Shown in pieces: positions 12,544 to 25,269 of a stretch of DNA of 64,000 nucleotides. Under the pieces are notes generated by a model. The model worked only from the letters and a program-made list of their open reading frames with translations. It did no database searches and was not told where the DNA came from. Origin of the DNA: Vicugna vicugna (Eukaryota); the NCBI GenBank assembly GCA_013265495.1, contig MU058844.1, forward strand, positions 4,035,895 to 4,099,894. The letters run 5' to 3'. The position numbers and the translations under genes were made by a program. The stretch's first letter is position 1; the number at the start of each line of letters is the position of its first letter.

Positions 12544-14069
12544 TTCTGACTCTTCCACTGATTCTGCTACAAAGGGAGTCACTGATTCTTCCTCTCCATC
12601 ACTGGGTCTCCTTAATTAAGTTGTTATTTTCCTTTGCCTGTGGATTTATATTATCCCCATAGGACTTGTACAATTCAGGCAGTGATGATATCTTCATCAT
12701 TGCTCTTTACCAGGATAGAGCCACTGTCCAGAGAGTGGCAGAAGGCATGACATTTTGTACTTGATGGCTGGCAGTAAAAGCATTGGCAGTTGTTAATACT
12801 CGGATGAGGTACAGAGAAGCAATCTAGTTTCTAGTTTCCTCCTCTTGTAAGCAATGACTCTGTCCAAATTCTAGAGTCAGGAGCAACTCGGCTACAGGGC
12901 ACCTTGCCTTCAGGCTCACAGGGATTCCCAGGTGTGTGTGGACCCTTCTTAAAAAACACACAGGAAGAAGGTAGGTGCTGCTATTCCCTGAGCCAGACTA
13001 AAGGTGTCTCTTTAGTGACCCTGTCAGGATCCAGGAAAACCAGGTCTCCCTCTCAAGCTTCATGCTTCTCTTCTGCCATCAATCTCTGGACAAGTAATAC
13101 CTATACTTGTGTAGGTTATTAGATACTGACTAAATACTTGTTCAGGGAGTTACTTAATAATCAGGTGAGTTTGTCTGAGAGCCACAACAATGATCCTAGT
13201 CTCCTTGCTCTTCCCACTATAAGCTGCTACATCTTGATACCATGCTGTTGTCCTCACGGTTAAGGTGGGTAAACTAACTCAGCTTGCCATGTTGTGGTCT
13301 TTCTCTGCACATGCGTTCACATAACACATGTTATCCAGGTGTGACTCTTCGATTGATTTGCAGAGTCACCTCTGGAAATAGGTTTCAGCCTTCTTGTGCC
13401 TCAGTTTCTCTAAAAGTAAAATGAGTGTAAAAATGACATTTATATATAAGGGCTTTGATCTTATAAAAATGTAAAATGTCATTACTTTAATATTAGGTTT
13501 TGTGATTGTTAAAAATATAACAACACACTGTACTCCTTTAGTGCCTTCCATCTGAGAATGCCAAAGTGTTTCATAAACTTTTACTAATTAATCCTCTTAG
13601 TACCATTATAAGGTTGAAACAGTATTATTATCTCTATTTTATGGATTGGAAACAGATGATCACTGGATTATAGACTAAAGTGCAGACTCCAGTTAGGGAA
13701 ATGGCAAAGCAAGAGCAAAAGTAACTTTGTCTGGGCTTTGTTCTTAAGGACACCCAGCCCATCAAAGGTTCTCTCTCTTCATGACAAATAATTACACACC
13801 ATAAAATTTTTATTTTGCCCTCAAGGCAGAAGAAAATACATCCTACTCTTTTTTCCCTTCTCCTGAATATAACCTTGGCCCAAGGGAAAGAAGTAGAAGA
13901 GCCTCCTCATTTCTCTGCATCTCAGGAATACAGATCTCCCAAAGGCAGACCCTAGAGAAGATGCTCACAGGTTTTTTAGCAGTTTGTATAGATATGGTTT
14001 GTGTAAAAACTCATTGTACAGCAACATACCTCAGTAATATATTATTTTTAATAATGAAAATGCTTTCAT

Positions 14070-15150
14070 ACATTAACTGATTCAATAAGTATTCATTAAG
14101 CATCCACTGTTCTAGGCAATGGAGATAGAACAGTAAATAAAACAATTGTTGCCTTCAAAAAACTTAACATTTCAAAGGGCATGGAGATGGGAAGAGACAA
14201 TAAGCAAAGAACTGTATATGTGGTAGGGAAAGCTAAGGTGAAAAACAAAACAAAGTAGGGAAACAAAGAGAAACGGGGAGGCCATGCTATTCTATATAGA
14301 TATCAGGGAGTTGGCATTTAAACAGAGGCAGAAAGGAAGTAGAAGGGCCAGACTATAAGTGAGGGGAGATTTTTCTGGCAAAAAGAACAAGGGCAAAGGT
14401 CATGAGGAAAGAGTGTGCTTGGCATATGCCCAGATCAACAAGGAGGCCACAGTGGCCTGAGAAAAGCAAACAAGAAGAAGAGTGAGATAACATTAGAGAC
14501 TGGGGCACAGGATGGAGTAGCACTTGGATCATATGAGGTCTTATTGGCCATGGGAAGGGTTTCCATTTTTATTTAGTGATCAGTGAAGCAACTGTTGGTT
14601 TTGAGCAGAGGAGTGACATGATCTGACCTACATGTTTAAAAGGCCACTCTAGCTGCCATGTGGAGAATAGACCACAAGGATGGAAGCAAGAGGTTGTTGC
14701 AATACCCTAGACTTGAAGCAAAGTGCAGCAATGAGACCCCAGAGGAAACAGTAAATAGTTGGTTGTATGAGTCTTGAATGCAAAGAGGAAGGCCAGGCTG
14801 GGTATATCTATGCGGGGTGGATGAGGTCACCAAGAGAATGAATGCCAGAGGAGAGAAGTGCAAAGCTGAGGCCTCAGTACATCAACGTGGATAAGTGGGA
14901 AACTGAGGAAGATCCTACAAAGAAGACTCAGGAGCAACCAGAGAGGTAAGAGATGAACCTGGAGAGCAGTGCCCTGGAGGCCAAGTGAAAAAAAAATGTT
15001 ACAAAGAAGAGAGAATCACCAATTACATGAAATGCTACTAAGCCAAAAAAGGCCTGAAAATTGACCATTAAATAGTGCAGGATTGGTCTCACTAGAAATC
15101 TTTGAAAGAATAATTTCAAGAGAATAATGAGAATAAAAGTATGATTGTAG
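14070..15150 (-). mobile_element. L2 LINE 3' fragment
   Basis: attcaataagtattcattaagcat...ctgttctaggc tail; ttttgagcagaggagtgacatgatctgacctacatgttt. Confidence 0.85.
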
Positions 15151-15799
15151 TTTGATAAGTTTTCTTTGCAAAAATCTCTTTTCTCCCCCTGGCTTTCTGA
15201 ATTCTGTGGTACTTAGGTCTCTTTCTTTTTACCAGAGAAATTTTCTCCAATTATGCACAGCTCTGACTTACCTTGAAATCCTAATCCTAATTCTTTGTTG
15301 TTCTTTTGTTTGTTTTTGTTTTGACTATTGGCTAGTAGAATGTTATTTCACATTTAATTCAACAAATACTTAATTGGTACCTGAAAAACATTTTCTTAAA
15401 GAGTCATAATCAATTTATGCTTAATATTTGAAAATTAGTGACTGATAATGGACATTCAAGAAAAATATTATTTTGGTAATATTATTGTTTTCGTGTAGTA
15501 TTTCTTCTCATCACAGATCTAAACTGCTGCAAGCATAATCCACTGCAATAAAGTGGCTGGCTACAGAATATCCTTAGGTTAAGCAAAATTTGGGAAGCAA
15601 AAAATTCAGATAAGCCACAGAAACTCTCCCTCTACATACACCTCAACATAGACTTGCATATTGTAAAACATATGTGTTGGGTAATAGGAAATCACTCTCC
15701 AAATTCTCCAAACCCTTCTCTAGGCACTTAAACACTAGGCAAGCAGTTATGGAAGAAAGCTGGGCAACTCCTACTTAGAGGCAGCAAGCAGGGTATCAC

Positions 15800-16020
15800 G
15801 AATCTGAAGCCACCTGCTCAGTTTAATCCTGGGACCACTCATCTGCTGCATGACCTTGCACAAGTTGTTTAAACTCTCTCTGTGCCCTGATTTCTTTATC
15901 TGTAAAATGGCCATAGTATTCATGTCTAACACATAGGATAATGAGTGGTTTAAAATGAAGTAATATATGTAATACCCTTGAAACACTGCCTGATACATAG
16001 TGCAAGTGCACAATAGAACT
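15800..16020 (+). mobile_element. MIR SINE
   Basis: Core gaccttgcacaagttgtttaaactctctctgtgccctgatttctttatctgtaaaatgg plus tail gcctgatacatag. Confidence 0.85.
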
Positions 16021-16058
16021 TGTAACTGAGAAAATGGTCTGGATAAAAGAGAGGGAGT

Positions 16059-17132
16059 TTTTTTATCATAAATGGGCATTGAATTTTATCAAATGCTTTT
16101 TCTGCATCTATTGAGATGATCATGTGATTTCGTTCTTCTCTTGTTGATGTGGTGTATTGCATTGATTGATTTGTGTATATTAAACCATCCTTGCGTCCCT
16201 GGGATGAACCCAACTTGATCATGGTGTATAATCTTTTTTATGTGTTGTTGGATTTTGTTTGCTAATAGTTTGTTGAGGATTTTGTATTAATTATCAGAGA
16301 AATGCAAATCAAAACTACAATGAGGTATTACCTCACACCAGGCAGAATGGCTATCATTAAAAAGTCCACAAATGATAAATGCTAAAGAGGGTGTGGAGAA
16401 AAGGGAACCCTCCTAAACTGTTGGTGGGAATGTAGTTTGGTGCAGCAGTTATGGAAAACAGTATGGAGATTCCTCAAAAGACTGAAAATAGACTTATCTT
16501 ATGATCCAGCAATCCCACTCCTGGGTATATATCCAGAGGGAACCTTAATTCAAAAAGATACATGCACCCAATGCTCATAACAGCACTATTTACAAGAGCC
16601 AAGACAGGGAAACAACCTGTCTATAAACAGATGACTGGATAAAGAAGTTGTGGTATATTTGTACAATGGAATACTACTAGGCCATAGAAAAGAAAAAATA
16701 ATGCCACTTGCAGCAACATGGGTGGACCTGGAGATTGTCATTCTAAGTGAAGTAACCCAAAAAGAGAAAGAAAAGTACCATATGATACCACTTATATGTG
16801 GAATCTAAAAAAAAAGACAAACAAACTTATTTATAAAACAGAAACAGACTCACAGACATAGAAAACAAACTTACAGTTACTGGGGGTGAAGGGGTGGGAA
16901 GGGATAAACTGGGAGTTTAAGATTTGAAGATACTAATATATATAAAATAGATAAACAACAAGATTACAGTATATAGCACAGGGAACTATATTCAATATCG
17001 TGTAGTAACTTATGGTGAAAAAGAATACGAAAACAAACGTATGTTTGTGTATGACTGAAGCATTATGCTGTACACCAGAAGTTGACACAACATTGTAAAT
17101 TGACTATACTTCAAAAAATATACAAAAAAACG
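16059..17132 (+). mobile_element. Young L1 with 5' inversion (antisense ORF2-RT piece 16059-16287, sense ORF2 C-terminus and 3' UTR 16288-17132)
   Basis: Minus frame encodes [23 protein letters not shown] (RT domain). Plus part reads IIREMQIKTTMRYYLTP..., then 3' UTR and A-tail. Flanked by 11-bp TSD agagagggagt (16048-16058, 17133-17143). Confidence 0.92.
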
Positions 17133-17319
17133 AGAGAGGGAGTGATAAAACTGACCCATTTTGCAATGGGGAATCAGATACTGAGACTAGCCCTTCTGAT
17201 GAATATTTTAAAAATCTTTCAAAATGCATTCAGCCAGCTGGAAAGAAATCAAGAAATTTCTAGAGGCCAAATGTGAAGCCAAAGCAAGAACCCAAAAAGT
17301 TAAGTGGATTTCCATCCCA

Positions 17320-17690
17320 TCTTAGCTCAGATTGCCTAAAAGAATCAGAGGCAGGAACTTAGATGCACATATATAGTCTCAGCTAATGTTTAGTCTTGGT
17401 CTGAAACAGAGAGCAGAGAGGGCAAGAGAGCTGGGGCATGAATTTCACTGCAGTACTGTTCCTCCCAAGGCAAAATAACCAGATTTTTGAGTCCCTGTAT
17501 AGGTCAGTTGTCTATGGGCTGATAGAGGCAATCTCATGAGTGAGGCAGCTCCCATCAGCCATAGTGGGGACAATTCTTGAAAAAAGAAAGGCAGCTGTGA
17601 ACTTTTAACAGCCAACTCATATCAGCTATGGAATAGAAGCATCAGCCAAGTAAAAGGATCTGAAGAGAGGACTCTTTCAATACCACAGAA
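17320..17690 (-). mobile_element. ERVL LTR (LTR16/LTR33-like)
   Basis: cttagctcagattgcc...gaggcaggaacttagatgcac; gaggcagctcccatcagc...ggcagctgtgaac motifs; abuts the ERVL internal remnant. Confidence 0.6.
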
Positions 17691-18480
17691 ACTATTACAG
17701 CCCTCCGCTTGCACTGCTCAGATGCATTTGCTTCTCCCATCAAATTCACTCTAACTGGGTAGTGTCTCCAGGGTACTATGATCATAATTCCCAGGAAAAT
17801 TTAGGAAGGATTATTGGAATAGCTGCAGCTGAATTCTGAGAGAAAACTGATAATTATCTTCTAGCTTCCCATCAATCTAGTATTGCACTTCTGCAATCTA
17901 ATGTCTTCTCTAGTGGGGTGACCCAGAATCTCATCCCTGGGCAGTTGAAACCCTGGTTATCATGGCCTCATCAGGCCATGATTGCTTTACATGCCTAAAC
18001 TAAACTAAAATGGGGCACAAAGAAACCAAAAAATGCCCCAGTGGTACACTATTGTAACTAAATACATTCTGCTAGCCACAACACAGAACAGCAGTCATAC
18101 CGCCTCATGAAGGTCAGGATCAATTATACCTGCTAATACACCTCCTCTCTGTGCCCACTGTTCTACAGGCACAGGGAACTCAAAATGACCAGATGACAGC
18201 TTCATCTTTAAATTCAAGCAGACTCTTTAACTCTATCCCTTGGTGGCAGCACTCCATCCCCACTACTAGTCAAAACCTCCAAACCCACTAAGCCTAAGCT
18301 TGTTCTTGGAAACAAGAAACACAAATTCTCCCCAGGCATTTCACTGGGAGGGAGAGTACATGGAGCCACTTCTATTTTCACCTCTTGATTTCTGAACATA
18401 TTTATTCTACCTATTCACATTACTAAATAGCAGCTGTTGGTTTAAGGAGTGTGCTACATCTTAAAGAATAGCCCTGTAGT
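17691..18480 (-). mobile_element. ERVL internal remnant (pol 3' region / dUTPase junction)
   Basis: Minus ORF 18214-18399 (RNQEVKIEVAPCTLPPS...LGLVGLEVL...GVLPPRD) resembles ERVL pol C-terminal region (NQGVEVGVAPLTITP...GLEVLVPKGGMLPPGD, recalled). Confidence 0.75.
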
Positions 18481-18499
18481 GCATGTCTTAGTGCCCCAG

Positions 18500-18890
18500 C
18501 CAGATCTTGGCTGGTAACAAATCACATCTGCTCCATCACTAGAAAATAGCCTTCAGCCAACAGGAGCCACCTGGCCCAGGAGGCTGTGTACTCTTCCATT
18601 ATGAGGAGGAGGGGGTAGACTTCAGCCAATGACTGACACAAGGTACAAAACGTCATCACCCTTGCTCAACATAGAGCTAACTCCGTGATACAATTTGTGT
18701 TCTAGAGCTTCCAATGGGATTGGATGGAAACTAGTCTCCAGCCAAAACCAGAATCTTGCTTAGCTTTTCCCTGCTGCCCTCTCCAGCTTCAATCAGGGCC
18801 TTTCTTCTGAGAACAGTCCCCTAATAAATCACTTGAACTGGAGTTTTTTTTTTTTCATGCTTTACCTCTAGGGAACCGGACCAAAGCTAG
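18500..18890 (+). mobile_element. ERVL LTR16-like LTR
   Basis: cagccaatgactgac...ctagagcttccaatgggatt...aataaatcacttg...ctagggaaccggaccaaagc 3' terminus. Confidence 0.7.
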
Positions 18891-19039
18891 CATCTCACCC
18901 TTTCAAAGCAATATTTCTATGCATACAATAGATATGATGTCAAGAAGCCAAACCACCACCTGATGAGCACTGAAGAACACCACTGACATGAAGAACTATG
19001 GAAATGGGAAATAGGTGAGTAATGACACAAGATTATTTC

Positions 19040-21579
19040 ATTTAAAAAATTCTTTAAAAATATATTAATGATTTAAACTAAAAATTAATATAAATGTACT
19101 ATGGGGTTTATGATATACACAGAGGTAAATATATCACAATATCCTAAAGGATGGAGGAAGGGTAATTGGAATTATACTGGTGTGAGATTCTTACATTATA
19201 TATGGTGCAATAATATTAATTCAAACAGACTTTGATAAGTTAAAGACATATATTGTAATCTCTAAACAACCACTAAAAATTAATACCAAGAGGTATAGCC
19301 AAAAAACTATCAGGAGACTGAGAATGACATCCCAGAAAGCAAATGATTAAGTGATCGTCAGACTACTTAAAGGCCTAAGACTCAATTAGGTGTTGTTTGA
19401 AATTATTGTTTTAAATATAAAGGCACACACGAGTTGAAAGTAAAAAGTTAGAAATAAACATACCATCCAATCCATAAGACTAAGAGATTTTGTGTGACTA
19501 GATTATTTTAATACAAGAAGTATACCAGAGATAGTGAGTTACTTTATAATTACAAAAGGAGTTATTCATCAGGAAGACATAATTCTAAATGTACACTCAT
19601 TTAATTATAGAGCTTAAAAACAATTGAGGCAAAAAATGGACAGAAGTTATGGGAAAAACAGACAAATCCACAATTATATGTGGAGAGCTTAACACCTTTC
19701 AAAATAATTGACAGACTAGCCAAAACAATTACTAAGGACATAAAAGACAGGAATGCTAGAGGGCACATCAATATAGATCCTGTAGACATTAAATAATAAT
19801 AAATATATATTGTGAACATCTTTATGCCAATAAATTTAATAACTTAGATAAAATGGACACATTCTTTGAATAATATGGCTTTCCAAAACTGGCACAAGTG
19901 AAAATGAAAAATGTGAATATTCCTATACTTAATTAAAGAGGATGCAATTAAACAACTTCCCAAAGAAAACTCCAGGCTGAGATGACTTCACTATTGAAGT
20001 CTATCAAACAGCTAAGGAAGAAATATCAATCTTTGGAAGATCTTTTAAAAAATAGAAAAGGTGGATGCTTTTCAATTTGTTTTATGAGTTCAGGAAAATC
20101 TGGCAAAGACATTATCAGAATATATATATGCCAATATTTCTCATAAATGTAGACACAAAAATCATTACTAATTATTAGCAAATTAAATCTACTAGTACAT
20201 AAACAGGAGAATACATCATACTAAGTAGAATTTATTTCAGGAAATTTTGGGGAAAAAATCACATGATTATTTCAATAAACACAGAAAGTCATTTGATATA
20301 GAACAGCAGCCAAAATTTATGCTAAGAACTTCTTGGCAAACTAGAAGGAGAATTTCCTCAACTTGATAAAGGGCATCTATAAAGAAGCTATACTTAATAT
20401 CACATTTAATAGTGATTAATTCCCTCAGATTGGGAGAGGAAAAGATGTTTGAACTCACAACTTCTATTTAACATTGTACTGAAGATCCTAGCCTATGATA
20501 AACCAAGAAAAAGAGGAAAAAAGCTTCCAGATTGCAAAGGAAAATATATAACTATTTGCAGCCATCATTGTTCATAAAGATAATCCTAAAAAATCTACCA
20601 AAAATCCATTAGAGTTAACAAAGTAAATTTAGCCAAGTCACGGTACATAAAGTATAAAAAAATATAAAAAGATCAATTGGAAAATATAATGTAAAAATGT
20701 TTTACAGTACTAACAAAAACATAAAACAGTTGGGAATACTTCAAACAAAAGATGTGCAAGTTTTCTATATTAAAAAGATAAAACAGGAGAATTTCAAAAA
20801 GACCAAAATAAATGGACTATGTTCATGGATTGGAAGATTCAGTGCTGTTAAGATGTCAATTTTCCTTAAATGGGTGTACAGGCAGAATGCAATACCAATT
20901 AAATTCCAGCAGGCATTTTTTTTTAATAGAGAAATCAATAAGCTGATTGTATAATGACTGGGAAGATGTAAAGCACTCAAATTGGTCCTCATTTTCAAAA
21001 AATTCCAAAATTTTCTGAAAAAGAGTAACAAATTTGGAACACCTATGCTACCTCATTTCAGAGTATACTGTAAAGTTATATTTGTCAACATAACATGGTA
21101 GCAGTGTAAAGAGAGACAAATAGATAAATGAAAGAATAGAGTCCCAAAACAAACATTTATATGGTCAACTGATCTTTTCTAGAAAGAAGCAAGGTAATAT
21201 AATGGGAGAATGATAATTTCTTTAGTAAATTATGCTGGAAAAATTGAAATACATAGAAAAAACAAATATAAAACTCATCTTCCATCATACATAAAAATTA
21301 ATTTCCGATGTACCACTGACCTAAATATAAAGCTAATACTAAAATTTCTACAAGAAAACATAGGAGAATATCTTTACATTACTGGGGCGGGTAAAGATTT
21401 CTTAGGACAGAAAAAGCTACAACCATAAAAGAAAAAAATAACAAATTATACTCTATTAAAATTAAACTTGTATTCCTAAAAAGACATCATTAAGACAATA
21501 AAAAGGCTGAGATAATAATTTGCTTTATACAATCAGATTAGTTAAGGAACTCCTTCAACTCAGTAATAAAAATACAAAC

Positions 21580-21613
<34 letters not shown>

Positions 21614-22465
21614 CCAGACTTGAACAGAACCTTTAAAAAGGAAGATACAGGAATTCCAAAGCATACGTAAGAAGCACACTGAACATCATTAGTTTTTAGG
21701 AAACTGCAAACTGCAAATTAAAATCATAATAAGATATCACTTCACACCAACTAGAATGGCTAAAATTAAAAATAATAATCCCAAGCATTGAGGATGTGGA
21801 ATGAATGGATCTCTCAGACACTGCTGGGAGGAGCATAAAATGGAACAGCCTCTTTAGAAAATAGTTTGCATATTCTTATAAATGTAAACATACACATACC
21901 CTATGTCCCAGCAATCCCATTTCTAGGCAGTATCCCAAAATAAATGAAAATACATATTTATAAAAAGATACGTACAAGAATGTTTGAGCAGTTTTATTCC
22001 TAGTAGCAAAAAAATGAATGATTTATATGATCCAATCTACAGGTTCATCAACATGTGACTGGACAAACTTTAGCATCATCAGAAAATGGAATACTTAGCA
22101 ATAGGAAGGAACAAATTGCTGACACACACAAGGATGATATGTACAACAAAGATGAATTTCAAACATCATGTTGAGTGAAAAAAGCCAGACACAAGAAAGT
22201 ACATTCTGTATGATTCTATTTATATGAAGTTCTAAAACAGACAAAATAAAGCTGGGGTTTTAGAAGTCAAATTGTTTCTTGGGGTATGGATGGGGGGTGA
22301 AAGATTGCAAAGCACATTACAGAGTTTTCTAGGATAATGAAAATACTCTACATATTAATTGGAATGCTGATTACACAGGTGTATTACATGTACCAAAAAT
22401 TACTGAACTGTATACTTAAAATGTGTACATCTTAGTATATGTAAAGTGTACTTCAATATAGTCTA
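19040..22465 (+). mobile_element. Old L1M (L1MC/MD/ME-like) LINE, degenerate ORF2 and 3' UTR
   Basis: ORF 20697-20954 (CSWIGRFSAVKMSIFLKWVYRQNAIPIKF) and other ORF2-like pieces; 3' UTR actgaactgtatacttaaaatg; many stops. Confidence 0.9.
21581..21612 (+). repeat. Poly(A) homopolymer, 32 nt
   Basis: Uninterrupted A run inside the old L1. Confidence 0.95.
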
Positions 22466-22529
22466 AAAGCATTTGTAAAGAATGACACTGCTCTACCTAT
22501 TTTCTCTACCAATAGCAATAACAAAATAA

Positions 22530-22800
22530 AATTGAAAAGTTAACATTTATTGACCCCCTGTTCTTTGCCAGGCACTATGATAAGTGCTTCATGCATGTTA
22601 ACTAATTTAACCCTCCTAAGAATTCTTGAGTACTTCACATCATAGATATGATGTATCCTATCTCCACTGTATACATAACAAAGTTGCACAGAATACTGCA
22701 TTAATAAACTCAGTGGTTCACAGGTAGAAACCGGTGGAGCCAGTCTATTAATCTAGGCATTCTAGACACACAGCCTATTCTTAATCACCTCACTGTGCTA
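22530..22800 (-). mobile_element. MIR SINE
   Basis: taacatttattgacc...tgccaggcactatgataagtgcttcatgcatg...tcttaatcac. Confidence 0.8.
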
Positions 22801-23137
22801 ATTTCTACCCTGCAGTTATAACTGATTGAAAGATAAAGAGCTCTTTTTTTTTTTTTTAGCAATATTAGATTCTATGAGGTTGAAATTCCTGAGGACTTCA
22901 ACACTAGGAACCAGGTAAGCTATGTAAATCCAAATTAACTTCTCTAGGTGTCGACTTGTGTAACATGGAACAATAATAGGTATACAGCTATCATTTCTCC
23001 AGGTGTTGGAGACAGGCTGCCAATTCCTCAGAGCTGGCAATGCTACTGGCAGCTGTCAATCAGGTTTGTGAGCATCCCTGTGAAGTCCACCAGAATATTT
23101 CGGATGCTTTAGCTAGTCTCCTTTCCATGCCTTGGTT

Positions 23138-23220
23138 TCACCCGGTCACCAGGTGTGCCTGGTGTCCAGGTGTTCTTAAAAAGAGCCCACTATCATCTTC
23201 CCCCTTCAACAACCCATGAG
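23138..23220 (-). other. Candidate terminal exon (speculative)
   Basis: Strong acceptor ctttctctttttattcag|. Phase-1 frame (A)HGLLKGEDDSGLFLRTPGHQAHLVTG*. Unique, locally GC-richer sequence; peptide not recognised. Confidence 0.25.
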
Positions 23221-23730
23221 CTGAATAAAAAGAGAAAGGTATGTGAGCCTGTGTGAGGTTTCTCAGTGGAGGGCATATCAGGGTTTACACTAGAATGGTA
23301 GGCATTTTGCCATCTCTGCATGTAGTGTATGCTCACTTGACAGCCAACAAGTTGGAACATATGACAGAGTCTTACTTATTAAGTTATTCTACACTACATC
23401 TATAGGTTTGTTTCTATCAAGACACTTAAGAATTGGATTTCATGACATATAATCAGGTTTCATGAAATCTCTGTACTGCTTTGTAATCAGACCAATGGAT
23501 TAATTTGCTTTTTTTTAAATCACATGTTTGTACATAGTACTCCTAGCTCCCATTGGAAAGCAAGGTAATTGTACTTCGTTTTAAATCTTTTTCATTTTTT
23601 AAAATAATTTATTGTTTTGTTTACAACAATTTGGAGTAAATGAAAATTCACCAATCAAACCTAGAAAATACCTTGCAAAGAAAGCTGTTTAATATCCTCA
23701 TGTTTGCTTTGTTCCAGAATTAATTTAGGC

Positions 23731-23870
23731 CAGTGTTTCCCATTTATAAATTAGGGTCCTGGGTCCCACCCCCAAGTCTACAAATCAGTGCCTCAGCTGA
23801 GGATCTCAGGAGTCTACATTTTAGCAAAGACTCCAGGTGGTTTTATTTACCCTTAAATTTGGCAACTTCT
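23731..23870. mobile_element. MER5-like hAT-Charlie element
   Basis: cagtgtttccca...cctgggtcccacccc...tctacattttagcaaagactccaggtg...aaatttggcaacttctg. Confidence 0.7.
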
Positions 23871-25141
23871 GTTTTAGGCCTGACAGAGAGGGAAAAATAG
23901 CTGTGAAACATTTTATTTGTGAGAAGCCATTCCTAAAGTGAATGGAGAATAAAACTGCAGCCAGAAAAAGAAACGTTTCACATCGGCACAGCGGCTTCTC
24001 TCTGCAAAGGGCTGCTTGCCAGCTTGAAAACGGGATCTATAAAACCTATAGCACACGATGCCATTATCTTCAACCTCACAAAGAGAGTTTTAGATCTGCT
24101 ACATGAAAGATGTTGTAATAAACCACACAAATGCTACATTGAACTAAAGCAAATGCGCAGGGAGAATTGAATACCTACAGATATAAAACCTCAGTTTGTT
24201 TTTTTAAAGATCCTTTTCATCTCAGGAAGAAAGAGAGATTTAATCAGTTCTTTTGCAGAAGTTATCCCATGTCTGAATTCTGCCTGCCTGCTTTTAGTTC
24301 AAAGGGGACAAAGGTAGTTTCTTCTTCTAAACCAAGTTGGGAAGGGTCAGGAACTAAAATAAATGAACAGCTACCTTTATTTCCATGGCTCAAATGATGT
24401 GTAATATGAGGCATTTCAATTTTGAGGAAAAGGAAGACTGTGGCTCCTATAGAAGCTTTAATGTAGTTGAGCTGTGGTTTCTTTTCTTGTTTTTTCCTTT
24501 TTCCATTAAATTGAACATGAATGAATGAACAAATGAACGAATGAAGGACCAAATGAACTAACAAATATTTCTAAATAATTTGATTGAACATGTTTTATGT
24601 ATTTCCTGTTCCTTGCATGATTTTTCACCTGTGACTGAAGATTGCCTGAGCATTACAAATAGGCTTCTCCTGCCTCCTGAACCCTGGCTGGCCTCGGTAA
24701 ACCTGACAAGCTAAAGAACAAGGAAAGGATCTCTGGAAACAGATGGCTCCAAGCAAGACTTTGTCCTCTCAAAGCAATTCACCACTAGCTTCCGTAAAAG
24801 CCTGGATATCAGCATGCTACTTTTCCATCCAGGCTTTCGTCATCATTGAGAGCAGGCGTTACACCAGATTCTTGTCTTACTCTTTGTTCCTCTGAACTCA
24901 GCTAGAGAGTAACACCTCAAATCAGCTCTGCAGAACTATGATGCAAGGTCAGAAAAGAGGCAAACTAATTTCTTCTTGTTACCAAAGCAAGTACATTCAT
25001 TAAAAACCCACTTAATAAAATGCCCACACTGGGTACAGACTGCAAATGCTAGAAGGAAAGGAGAAGGGGTTTTGAAGTGTGTACTAGAATGGGAGGACCA
25101 CATCATGAAGTACTGAAGGCTATTAATATTTACCTTACACA

Positions 25142-25269
25142 GGGGAGGGGATAGCTCAGTAGAATGCCTGCCTAACATGCAGAAGGTCCTGGGTTCAATC
25201 CCCAGTACCTCCACTTAAAAAATAAGTAAATAAACTTAATTACCTCCTCCCCTAAAAAAATAAAAAAAA
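25142..25269 (+). mobile_element. Camelid tRNA-derived SINE (Vic-1-like)
   Basis: ggggaggggatagctcagt (A box), gggttcaatcccc (B box), taattacctcc, A tail. 12-bp TSD ttaccttacaca (25130-25141, 25270-25281). Confidence 0.9.

Noticed and set aside
15272..15380. Minus-strand exon with a perfect AAG|gtaagt donor
   Set aside because: The interval is low-complexity A-rich sequence plus an L2-tail fragment; it has no coding character.
16882..16903. Novel G4 motif
   Set aside because: This is the known G-rich tract of the L1 3' UTR.
24515..24565. Functional (GAAT)n repeat (also near 32265 and 44330)
   Set aside because: Matches the standard L2 3' tail.
25142..25215. tRNA gene (also 36357-36432)
   Set aside because: A/B boxes are present, but they are followed by a SINE body, an A tail and TSDs, and the cloverleaf is degenerate. 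These are SINEs.
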